Position numbers and translations under genes: made by a program
In this document: positions 1-11,251 of the stretch, in pieces
Position numbering within the stretch: the stretch's first letter is position 1
Layout: every line of letters begins with the position of its first letter
Notes under the pieces: model-generated
What the model was told of the DNA's origin: nothing
Database searches by the model: none
The model's input: the letters and a program-made list of their open reading frames with translations, nothing else
From: Octopus vulgaris
Taxonomy: Eukaryota
Assembly: GCA_951406725.2 (NCBI GenBank)
Contig: OX597814.1
Location: 23,746,001 to 23,810,000, forward strand
Direction of reading: 5' to 3'
DNA: 64,000 bases

Positions 1-25
1 ATTTGATTGCAATATTTCTTAGTCG

Positions 26-137
26 TAAGGTGGTGAGCTGGCAGAATCCTTATTAGCACACTGAGCAAACTGCTTAGCAGCATTTCATCACTCTGTACAT
101 TCTGAATTCAAAATCTGCCAGTGTTGACTTTGCCTTT
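26..137 (+). mobile_element. Degenerate partial SINE, family A (head AAGGTGGCGAGCTGGCAGAA)
   Basis: Matches the head and GTTGACTTTGCCTTT core of the fuller copy at 49626-49860. Confidence 0.7.
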
Positions 138-276
138 AACTTTATAAGAGATTAAATTTTCCAATTCAAAACTAACTATATGGTTGTTCTGATTTAAATT
201 TCGATGCTTGGTTGGTAGTCCTTTCACAACCAGCATCTTTATTGGGTATTGTTTCCAGAATTAAGTCCTTAAAAAT

Positions 277-416
277 ATTCTATTGTGTCTGGGGAGAGTC
301 ATTTTCTTTTTGTGCCTTATAATTTAACACATTCACCTGTTAAATTTCCACTTATTTCTTACTTTTATTTTCCTAAAATTTTTGTTGCGTCTTGCAACCT
401 TTTCAATAGTCTTGAC
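277..416 (+). repeat. Dispersed ~140-bp repeat, probable Penelope-like pLTR fragment
   Basis: Near-identical to 10468-10610 (minus) and to both arms of 43811-44080; the Penelope origin is inference. Confidence 0.75.
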
Positions 417-459
417 TCCGTCTGTTATTTACACTGCATTCTTTTTTGTTTGTTTGTGC

Positions 460-838
460 ACATGTGTGTGGGTCAGTGTGTGTGTGTGTACCTATGTATG
501 CATGCATGTACGTATGTATGTGTGTATGTATGTATGCATGTGTATGTATGTATATATGTGAGTATATGCATATGTATATATGTATATATGTGTGTGCATC
601 TTTTTGTATGTATCCTGCATATTCATGTGCTTGCATGTCCGGGTTTGTGTATTTTTCTATGTATGTGTGTGTGAGTGTGTGTTTGTATATGTATGTATAT
701 ATGTGAGTATATGCATATGTATATATGTATGTATGTGTGTGCATCTGTTTGTATGTATCCTGCATATTCATGTGCTTGCATGTCTATGTTTGCGTATTTT
801 TCTATGTATGTGTGTGTGAGTGTGTGTTTGTATATGTA
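460..838. repeat. Compound (TG/TA)n microsatellite containing a ~145-bp tandem duplication
   Basis: GTGAGTATATGC at 558 and 703; CATCT...CCTGCATATTCATGTGCTTGCATGTC at 597 and 742. Confidence 0.85.
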
Positions 839-1378
839 AGCATCTCTGTCTCCTTAAAAATGCTTCTATCTTTTAAAAAGGACAAGGGAATAACCTGAAG
901 GAGATTTGACCACTCTATGTAGCAAACTGATTCATCACTTTCTTCAGGCCATTGCTGTCATGGGACCATTGATAACCCTTGTTGCCATTCAGCAAATCCA
1001 GTATTAATGATGTTAAATGAAAGCTGGAACGTTTTTTTACTTCCATTACAGATACTTCCAGCGAAGCATCGACATCACAATATTTCATCTCCCTCATCCC
1101 AAAAATTATTATTCATTTAGAAACAAGTATATACTAAATGTGCATGGCTTCTTATATACAATGTCTCTGAAGAATAATACCAATGTTACTTTCTGTCATA
1201 TGGTTGGTTGAGATAGTTGACATAGTATATTTTCAATATCCTTTTCTATTTGTGATAAAAATATGTTTACATTTTCATAGTTTAACTGTGGTTAGGATCC
1301 TGAAGAATAAATGCACGATATTGATATGACTAAATTTAATCTAAGGTGAAGCAAAAATACTATTAATTAAACATTTTA

Positions 1379-1777
1379 GAGTGGCTGTGTGGTAAGTAGC
1401 TTGCTTACCAACCACATGGTTCCAGGTTCAGTCCCACTGCATGGCACCTTGAGCAAGTGTCTTCAATTATAGCTTCAGGTCGACCAAAGCCTTGTGGGTG
1501 GATTTGGTAGACGGAAACTGAAAGAAGCCTGTCGTATATATGTATGTATATATATGTATGTGTGTGTATATGTTTGTGTGTCTGTATTTGTCCTCCCAAC
1601 ATCGCTTGACAACCGATGCTGGTGTGTTTAAATCCCCGTAACTTACCGGTTCAACAAAAGAGACTGATAGAATAAGTACTAGGCTTACAAAGAATAAATC
1701 CTGGGGTCGATTTGCTCAACTAAAGGTGGTGCTCCAGCATGGCCACAGTCAAAGGACTGAAACAAGTAAAAGAGTAA
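1379..1777 (+). mobile_element. tRNA-derived CORE-like SINE, family B, with internal (TA/TG)n
   Basis: A-box-like GTGGCTGTGTGGT, B-box-like GGTTCAGTCCC, CORE-like CACCTTGAGCAAGTG, tail GAAACAAGTAAAAGAG; more than 10 copies in the window. Confidence 0.9.
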
Positions 1778-2320
1778 TTACTAATTGCAAAAAGAAATCA
1801 CATTTTAAAAATGTTTGGTTAACAATTCCGTTGTTCTTTTACTGGTTTCAACCAGACGTTGTGACCATGCTTGAGATTGCCATTAAAATATTTGAACTGA
1901 GTTCCATATGAGCAGCTTGACGAAAATATATTTAACGATGTTCCAGTTGTGACCACCTCATTTATTTTTCTAATGATCTTGGTACATTGTCCAATCTGGC
2001 TTTTGTTTTAAGACAGTAGAATTTGATCTAAGGGAGATTTTGGTTGCTATTTCTAGCAGGTCAAGCAACTACATAGGCACTAACATTCTTAAAATTTGTA
2101 GATGCTATACAAGTAAATATCCGGCCAAAATATTCTACCTGCCTTATTGTTCAAAATGGCCTGATTGGACCTTTCACACCTACCCTACAATTTCATCCTA
2201 AAAATAAACTGTCACATCATCAAAATTTCCCATAAGTAATAAAATAATGCATGATAAATTCAAAACAATCCGATTAGATAAGCATTACATTTGACAGAAT
2301 AACCTGAATGCCTGAATGTT

Positions 2321-2353
<33 letters not shown>

Positions 2354-2864
2354 ATATGGTTCCCCCACCCCCACCCCTACCCAACTAGGAGGACAATAAC
2401 TCCTGGTAAGAACTGACTCAGAACAGGATGGCCAGACCATGACAAGCAGACCAACCCATAAGAATATGGAAGATGGAAGTAAAATGATGAGGCTAAGATA
2501 AACGGATAGATATTAAAATCTATTATATAAGATAATTACTTTCCAAGGTTTTTTTGTTTTTTTTTGCCTCAGGTTTCCTCTAAAATTAATAGAAGTGGTT
2601 CTGGTTAGGTCAGACGGTAACAGTTTCTTTTTTCTTTTATATCTCAAAATACAGAATTATTCTTATATAACCACAGACCATATCCAATATGTTATCCTGC
2701 AATTTCTCTTTGGAAAGAAATCGACAGACATTTCTATTGATAATAATTATTATAGGCAACTGCCTAGACTTTGTCATAAAAACTTGCAGTTACAAACATA
2801 CACACTGAAACTGATGACAGCAACTCTCTCTCTCTCCTCTCCCCTCCCTCCCTCTCTCTCTCTT

Positions 2865-3231
<367 letters not shown>

Positions 3232-3499
3232 GCAGACATACTATCATCACTCGACCCATGCAAGCATGGAAAATTGGAGGTTTAAATGATGATGATGGTA
3301 CGCATGCACATACACACACGCTATTGGTATGGTGAACAGACTTGTCTGACATGAGCAATGAAATGCTTACATAATTTAGCTAACAACAGCAGTGTCATGC
3401 AGCATGCACAAGCAGAGCATTGTACATCTCAGACTCTGCTGCACATAGAACAACCAAGTAGATATTACTGAAAGCTGATACTGATAATAAAAATTAATA

Positions 3500-3702
3500 C
3501 TGATGATGATGGTGGTGGTGGTGGTGGTGGTGGTGATGGTGGCCGTGGTTGTGGTGATGACGGCAACGATGATGATGATAATATTTTGATGGTTGGGAGT
3601 TAGATGTGGTGGTAGTGGTAGTAGTGGTGGTGGTGGTGGTGATGGTGATGGTAGTAGTGGCGGTGGTGCTGGTGGTCTTTGAGGGGATGGTGGTGGTGGT
3701 GC
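3500..3702. repeat. (GGT/GAT)n trinucleotide low-complexity tract
   Basis: Directly visible. Confidence 0.9.
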
Positions 3703-4169
3703 AATAATTATTATAGATGAAATTTTCTTAGCATGACAGATTAATTTATTTAACCAAGTTATATCAATGAATTTCTGAAAAGAAATTATTTTGTGTCTCA
3801 TTTGTGTTTTCTTATAGTTTATTTCACAATTTTTTTTTATATTTCAACGGACAGCGGTGCAATAGAATTTTCAAATTTTGACATTTTAATTATTATTAGG
3901 GAAATTATTTCTACAACTGAATAACCCTCCTCTTTTCTATTCAAGCATGGAAATAAAAATGCAGCCTCATTCATCAGTCATGCACATTAAGGCATGAATA
4001 ATTATGCACCTTGCCTGGGACAGAACAAATGCTATAATAAGGTTTGAACTTGTAACTCTATGGTGTGCAGTGCAGTGTCATATCTCAATCAATCATTGCT
4101 AAATAAAATATTTGAAACTCATTGTGATTCTGTTAATTGAACCCCTGAATGAAATTAGTTAAATAACAT

Positions 4170-4508
4170 GTAGAGACCCCCTTCACTCATGAATGACCAT
4201 GGGATTGCTCCTAGAAAGTTCCCCTCCGAGGCACAAGTCCAAGCAAGGTTAATTATGGAAGACCAGCAGTCACCCATGCATACCAGCCTCTCCTCTCCAC
4301 ACCACCGATGTTATTCAAGGAAAAGGCAAAGGCTGATACAGCTTGTTACCAGTGATGATGCAACTCATTTCTAAAGCTGAGTGAACTGGAGCAACATGAA
4401 ATAAAGTGTCTTGCATAAGAACACAACACACAGCCTGGTTCAGGAATCAAACTCGCTATCTCATGATTGTGAGCCCAGCACTCTGACTACTGAGCCATGC
4501 ACCTTCAC
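4170..4508 (-). mobile_element. tRNA-derived CORE-like SINE, family C
   Basis: Minus-strand head GTGAAGGTGCATGGCTCAGTAG, CORE-like GCAAGACACTTTATTTCA; second copy at 37030-37365. Confidence 0.88.
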
Positions 4509-4574
4509 AAAGAAGAGGTATTTACATGAATAAAGTCAGTATTTAACATTATTAATGTTGTGTGCATACATCAA

Positions 4575-5429
4575 TGACTCATGCATCAGGATACATCTTC
4601 AGTGATGTGCCTGGTATCATCGGGTGTTTCGGGTCTTTCAGCACCATACACCCTCCTCCAGGTGACTCAGGTAGGGCTGATCAGACCTCAGCTTGTGTCT
4701 AGATGGCCAGCTAGCTACCCCATAGCTCACCTCTTTTGATCCACAGCCATCTTGAGGCCCTCTCTGCTGCATCGGTGGTACTGTGGATGGCCTTCCTCCT
4801 TCTCACTCCCTTAATGCCCAAACTGCTGAAGGCTCTGGTCATAGAACAGACTGTGAGATCCCTGCATCCAACCTCTGCTGGGAGACACCTCACTCTCCAA
4901 CCAGCCCACTGGTAGTCACTTACCAGACACACATCTCAAAAGCTTCTTCCAGGCGATCTTCCCATGGGACAGTCAGCTCCAGCACCACCACTTGTTTGGT
5001 GGACTCAAACACGAGAATAATGTATGTTCGCAGAGTGGTGCCTGCAATGTGGCCAGGTAACTTCAGCTGACGCTCAAGATCCACCAGTAGCTGCCAGTCT
5101 CTTGCAGATGTTAGGATGCCCATGGATGTTTTTCTGGCAGGGGTTGGCTGTTCCCCAGCTCTGACAAAGGTGATGGTTTTCTTGGAGGATCAGAACTGCT
5201 TTGCCCACACAAGTCCTGCACTAATGGCTTCAGTAATGGTCTTAAGGACTTGGTCATACCTCTAGCAGTACCGTCCTTCTCCAAATGCTCCTGTGCAGCA
5301 GCTGAGAATGTGTTCTAGGATTCTTCACTTGGAACACAAGTGTGTTGGTTTGATGGGCTTGGAAGCACATCATACACTGCCTAAAAGAGGAATTTAATGC
5401 AGTGAGGCTCGGTTTCCCACAGCTCAGCC
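4575..5429 (-). mobile_element. 5'-truncated decayed RLE-type non-LTR retrotransposon (HERO-like): zinc knuckle, restriction-like endonuclease and 3' UTR
   Basis: Minus-strand translation IKFLF*AVYDVLPSPSN..LEHILSCC..GEGRYC*RYDQVLK (CCHC and RHD-like motif), KQVVVLELTVPWEDRLEEAFE, GWRVRCLPAEVGCR, AERASRWLWIKR; contains stops and frameshifts. Confidence 0.88.
4589..4662 (-). ncRNA. Candidate hammerhead ribozyme with permuted/pseudoknotted strand order and a kink-turn
   Basis: GGGUGU-A17 pairs with GAA-ACACCC; UGGUG pairs with CAUCA directly before CUGAAGA; stem II is weak (GUAUC/GACCC). Confidence 0.45.
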
Positions 5430-5430
5430 T

Positions 5431-5602
5431 AGGCCTGAAATTTTGGTGGAGGGGGTTCAGTCAATTAGATCGAGAATCAAGCCCCAAAAGGATGAAAGGC
5501 AAAGTTGACCTCAGCAGAATTTGAACTCAGAATGTGGAGACAGACAAATTATCGCTAAACATTTTGCCCATCGTACTAACGTTTCTGCCAGCTCGCCACC
5601 TT
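5431..5602 (-). mobile_element. SINE family A, partial
   Basis: GGATGAAAGGCAAAGTTGACCTC...TTTCTGCCAGCTCGCCACCTTA matches the other family A copies. Confidence 0.85.
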
Positions 5603-5635
5603 ACATATGGAAGTCAATGCTTCAGGAAGTAGGTT

Positions 5636-5940
5636 TGTGGCTAAATGGTTAGGGTATTCAGCTAAAGATTTTAATGTCATGAATTCAATTCCAGGTGGTA
5701 TGTTGTATCCTTCAGCAAGGCACTTTATTTCCTATTGCTCCAGCTCACTCAGCTGACAAAAATGAATTGTACTTGTAATTCAAAGGGCTGACCTGGTTAA
5801 ATTCTGTGTCGTACAAAGTTTTCTGAGAACTGTCTTAAGGTTAATCATGTCTGTGGAGTGCTCAGCCACTTGCACATTAATTCCATCATGAGCAGGCTGC
5901 TCTGTTGACTGAATCAACTGGAAACCTTGTGGTCATAAGC
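5636..5940 (+). mobile_element. Degenerate CORE-like SINE sharing its tail with the element at 22879
   Basis: GCAAGGCACTTTATTTC core plus the TGTCTGTGGAGTGCTCAGCCACTTGCAC tail block. Confidence 0.7.
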
Positions 5941-6094
5941 AAGTTAAGCAAGTTAAGATCAGTTAAGTTAATTGTTTCAGGAAGAGAAGCTAAATGTATT
6001 TATTATCGACTTCCTGACATGTTTATGAACGTTTCAGTCCTTGTGAGTTTTTTTAAGATAGTGATGGAAGCATGGTAAAAATTATTTTCTTATA

Positions 6095-6495
6095 TTTGTT
6101 TCTGTCATTGAACTGTGGCCATGCTGGAGCACCACCTTGATGAATTTAATCGAAGAAATTGATTCCAGTACTTATTATTTTTTAAGTCTGGTACTTATTC
6201 TATCAATCACTTTTGCTGAACTTCTAAGTTACATGGATGTAAATAAACCAGCACCAGTTGTCAATTAGTGGGAAGGGCAAACACAAACACAGACATAGCC
6301 CCACCACACACACACACACATACACAAACGACACACTTCAACACACCTTCCATCTACCAAATTTACTAACAAGGAATTAGTCAGCCTGGGGCTACAGTGG
6401 AAAACACTTACCTAAGTTGCTATGTAGTGGGACTCAATGTAAAGCTGTATGGTTGCAAAGTGGGCTTCTTAACCACACAGCCATGTCTGTGCCCG
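6095..6495 (-). mobile_element. Degenerate SINE family B
   Basis: GGCCATGCTGGAGCACCACCTT ... CTTCTTAACCACACAGCCA. Confidence 0.75.
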
Positions 6496-7042
6496 AAGAA
6501 AAATTTTAGAAAGAAAGAAAAAGAGAAAACGATTGAATGAATAGAAGAAAGGAAAGAAACATAATTTAAAGGGAAAAGAGAAAGGGATATGGGAAAGCAA
6601 TGACTGTAGCGAAAGCTCAAAGGTTCTGTAATGGTGGCTGAATATGAATAATATAGCCAATAATTTGTTGGGGAAAAAAACCATTATTAGAAGCTGACAT
6701 GATGGCTACCTAAATGTAGGATTGGATGTTTTCTGCATGAATTAGCTGTAAAAATTGTAGGTTGAAGTAAACTATCTTGGATTGTAATTATAGTGCTAAG
6801 GTCATGTATGGTTATAAGAAAACAGAATAAAAGAATATTAGGTAATATTATACTAATAATAATTATCATAGTAATTATATAATAAATTATAAAGACAGTT
6901 AAACTGTTGTAAGTGATATTAAGAAGAGGAAAGGATATCAGGAAAGTAATGGAAGGGATTGAGAGAAACAGTTATGTATCTACTAGGTTATAAGGTGTAT
7001 CTAAGTGTGAAAGGGCAAGAGAGAAAGACAAGTGAATATATA

Positions 7043-7473
7043 GGTGCAGGAGTGGCTGTGTGGTTCTGGGTTCAGTCCCACTGCGTGGGACCTTGGGCAA
7101 GTGTCTTGTTCTATAGCCTCGGACTGTACAAAGCCTTGTGAGTGGATTTGGTAAATAGAAACTGAAAGAAGCCCATCGTATATATATGTGTGTGTATGTG
7201 TGTGTGTGTGTGTGTATGTGTGTGTGTGTGTGTGCGTATGTGTGTGTGTCTGTACATATATGTTTGTGTGTCTGTGTTTGTCCCCCCAGCATCGCCTGAC
7301 AACCGATGCTGGTGTGTTTACGTGCCCGTCACTTGGCGATTCGGCAAGAGAGACCGATAGAATAAGTACTAGACTTACAAAGAGTAAGTCTGAGGGTCAA
7401 TTTGCTCAACTAAAAGTGGTGCTCAAGCATGGCCGCAGTCAAATGACTGAAACAAATAAAAGAATAAAAGAAT
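7043..7473 (+). mobile_element. SINE family B with a small head deletion
   Basis: Collinear with 1379-1777. Confidence 0.9.
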
Positions 7474-7809
7474 ATAAGACACTATTGACAGTGGAGCAGA
7501 GGAGTATGACTATGCATATACATATTACATGAAATATAATTAGATGTACAACTACAATCCAATGAAGACATATTTTCGTTTACTACATGTAAATACACTA
7601 TTTGAACATATGCATTCACAGAAACAGATATATATGAATGTAAAAATGCTGAAAGATTGTAGAAAGTATGGTTGAATATATAGAATATGGGTATTCATAT
7701 ATGTGTGTGTATGCGTGTGTGTGTGTGTTTGCGTGTGTTTGTGTGTGTGTACATGTGTGTGTGCATGCGCATTTTCATACTACACATTGATATATCTGTA
7801 TATGAATAT

Positions 7810-9080
7810 CATCATCATCATCATCATCATCGTTTAATGTCCCTTTTCCATGCTGGCATGGGTTGGATGGTTTGACTGGAGACTGCACCAGGCTCCAATC
7901 TGATATGGCAATGTTTCTACAGCTGGATGCTCTTCCTAACGCCAACCACTCCGAGAGTGTAGTGGGTGCTTTTTATGTGCCACCGGCTCGGGAGCAAGTG
8001 AGACGGCACTAGCATTGGCCACATTTGTACTTTTTACATGCCACCGGCACAGAAGCCAGTCTGGTGGCTCTGGCAGTGACCCAAACATAAATGGTGCTTA
8101 TTGCATGCCACCAGCACAGGATCCAGTCAGGTGGCACTGGTATCAGCCACAACTACAATTTCCATTTGATTGCAATTTGATTGTGATTTGATTTGATTTT
8201 GATTTTGATTTTACTTGACTCAATAGGTCTCCTCAAGCATGGCATGTCGCCCAACGATTCAAAGGTACTTTCTAAATGGGCTGGTTATGCAACACTGGTG
8301 TAGGCTACAGCTGTGATCTCACTTTCCTTGCTGGGTCTTCTCAATAACAGCATATCTCCAAAGGTCTCGGTCTTTTGTCCATTGCCTCTGTGAGGCCCAA
8401 TGTTCGAAGGTCATGCTTTACCATCTCATCCTATGTCTTCCTGGGTCCTCTCTTCAAAAGGTTCCTTCCACTGTTAGAGAGTGACACTTCTTCACACAGC
8501 TCTCCTCATCCATATGCAGCACATGACCATACCAGTGCAGTCGTCTCTCTTGCACACCACATCTGATGCTTCTTAAGTCCAACGTTTCTCTCAGGGCACT
8601 AACACTGTCACATGTCCACACTGACATTACACATCCAGTAGATTATACTAGCTTCATTTCTTTCGAACCTACACATGTCTTCAGCAGTCATGGCCCATGT
8701 TTCACTGCCATGTAGCATGGCAGTTCTCCCACATGCATCATACAATCTACCTTTCACTCTCAGCAAAAGGCCCTTTGTCACCAGTAGAGGTAGGAGCTTT
8801 CTAAACTTTGCCCAGGCTATTCTTATTCTAGGGGCAACACTCTCTGAGCATCCATCCCCACTACAGATTTTGTCACCCAGGTAGCGGAAGACCTTCATCA
8901 CCTGATCCAGCAGGTTGATACCCCTGTAGTTATTTCTGTCTAAAGCATCACCTTTACCTTTGTAGCAGTTGACTATGGTGCTGCTACACCAGCCATTGGG
9001 TATGACTCCTTCATGAACTACCTGATTTACAATATGGGCGATGAGGCCATGACCCACACCATCAGATATTTTAAGCATCT
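7810..9080 (-). mobile_element. RTE-like LINE remnant: internally deleted RT ORF, long 3' UTR with tandem ~60-bp units, (GAT)n tail
   Basis: ORF 8608-9078: IPNGWCSSTIVNCYKGKGDALDRNNYRGINLL, FRYLG, RIRIAWAKF, MLHGSETW; sequence runs continuously into the (CAT)n-tailed repeat at 7810. Confidence 0.88.
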
Positions 9081-9754
9081 GAACATATATTCTAAATCAT
9101 CCATGTATAAATACATGCTAAATATAAGAATATTTACACACTTATACACACATAAACACACACACACATGCACTGGGATTGCCCTAAGGTGCATCTAGGT
9201 GCAATTGTGGCTAGGCAGAGGCATGATTATGTGGTAAGAAGATTGCTTGCAGGTTCAATCCCACTGTGTGCCACTGTGGGTAAGTATCTTTTAATATAGT
9301 CCTGGGCTAACCAAATCCTTGTGAATGAATTTGGAAACTGAACGAAAGTGGAAACTGAAAGAAGCCTGTTGTGCATGTTTACATACATATATACCTGTGT
9401 GTTTTGCTACCTCTTTGTCTTGATATTTATGATAGTTGTAAATAAATGTCATTGACATGCAAGAGGTTTTCTTACTTTAATTGGAAACAACTGAGGGTTA
9501 GTAATGGAAATGGTATCTCATTCAACATATAGAGGCCCCAGTAAAGTACCATGAGCACTACCCCACCTCCTTACAAAATTGATTAAAACAACAAAAGTAA
9601 ATTGCTTTCAATTATAAAGTGGTGAAATGAAAAGGATTTTAATCCCTGCTAAATTCTTGTTTAGCTCCAGATCATCCCTGATTAAACTGAGTTATGCTCA
9701 GAGGAATTTTAGCTGTGACCATCCCATTTTCTTTCAAATGTAGTGTAACTAATA

Positions 9755-9845
9755 ATGCAGGCATATGGCGTAGTGGTTAAGAGTGTGGGCTACTAACCCC
9801 AAGATTCCGTGTTCGATTCCAAGCAGTGACCTAAACAATAATAAA

Positions 9846-9877
<32 letters not shown>

Positions 9878-10061
9878 CATCGAAAAATACCTTAGGAATG
9901 AGAACCCAGGTTCGAAATTTCCCCAAGGCACCTGGAGAAGGCTGGAGGGTATATCAGCCAAAACGTTGTGTTAACAACAAACAAGATGAGGACAAATATC
10001 TGCCAAATGTAAATAATGTAAATAATGTACATAATTTCTCATCTCTTAAATATAGAACTAT
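9755..10061 (+). mobile_element. tRNA-headed SINE, family E, with internal (AAT)n, degenerate minimal hammerhead and 11-bp TSD
   Basis: A-box TGGCGTAGTGG, B-box GTTCGATTCC; TSD TGTAACTAATA at 9744-9754 and 10062-10072. Confidence 0.85.
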
Positions 10062-10467
10062 TGTAACTAATATTTCTTTACCTTTTTTTAAGGAAGAATG
10101 TAATCTGAGGAATATTTAACAGCTTTTCTTTGCAGGTTCAGCTATCACATAGAACAGTGGTCCCAAGTAAAGGTGTGTATACTGAATATACCACTATAAT
10201 TAACTTGTGTACACATTTCATTTCTCAATTGAAAAATTACATCTAACTGGGTAATTACATTCACCTAAGTAATGATACATTTAACACTGCAGCCTTTTAA
10301 GTTATTGAATGCTCTCAAGGGTCCACAGATACTAAGGTGGGGGTCATTGACACAGAGATTCTTTCACATGTCTGTCTCATTCATTGCTAAGCAAAGCAGT
10401 TTGAGAAACAAAAGCTGAAATTCGTTTGCAAGTGTCTTAAGAGAAAATATACGTAAATATACATAAT

Positions 10468-10610
10468 AGTCAAGACTATTGAAAAGGTTGCGAGATGCAA
10501 TGAAAATTTTCGGAAATTAAAAGATAAGAAATAAGTGGAAATTTTACTGGTGAGTTTGTTGAATTATAAGGCACAAAAACAAAGTGACTCTCCCCAGACA
10601 CAACAGAATA
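10468..10610 (-). repeat. Copy of the 277-416 dispersed repeat
   Basis: GTCAAGACTATTGAAAAGGTTGC...CTCTCCCCAGACACAACAGAATA. Confidence 0.8.
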
Positions 10611-10906
10611 CATAAAAAAATTTTACTTTAAATATATTCCTTACAATATCAAATATAATATCAAAATCCAACAAAAAAAAAAAATCAGGTTCTAAAATAT
10701 TTACATTATAGGCACAGATATGAATGTGTAGTGAGAGGTTTGCTTCCCAAGTGCATGGTTTGGGTTCAATCCTACTAAATAGAAGGTTGAGTAAATGTAT
10801 TCTAATATAGCATAAGACCACCTAAAGCCTTATGAATGAATATGATATATGGAAACTGAATGAAGCCCATTGTGTGTGTGAGTATGTATATATATATATA
10901 AAAAAA

Positions 10907-11217
10907 CGTCGCCCTTTTCAAGCCTAGCCAGGCTCATGGGCCTGGTTTCCCGGTCTGCAAATTATGTGTTCCCCCCAGCTGGACGGGATGCCAGTCCATC
11001 GCAGCATTACTCAAGAAACAGGAAGAGAGAGAGAGAGAAAGTTGTGGTGAAAGAGTACAACAGGGGTCGTCACCACTCTCTGCCGAAGCCTTGTGGAGCT
11101 TTTGTTTTTTAGGTGTTTTCGCTCAATAAACACACACAACGCCCAGTCTGGGAATCGAAGCCGCGATCCTCCAACTGCGAGTCCGCTACCCTAACCACTG
11201 GGTCATTGCACCTCCAC
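10907..11217 (-). mobile_element. tRNA-derived SINE, family D, with V-domain-like tail, inserted in the microsatellite of a degenerate family B copy
   Basis: Head GTGGAGGTGCAATGACCCAGTGGTTAGGG; tail motif GCGATGGACTGGCATCCCGTCCAG. Confidence 0.85.
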
Positions 11218-11220
11218 ATG

Positions 11221-11251
<31 letters not shown>

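Noticed and set aside
1405-1602. Recurring ORF family LLSVSVYQIHSQG..EDTCPRCHAVGLNPEPCGW
   Set aside because: Antisense reading of SINE family B, not a gene family
1735-1777. Hammerhead-like hairpin plus GAAACAAGUA at the family B tail
   Set aside because: No CUGANGA or stem I upstream in the copies examined
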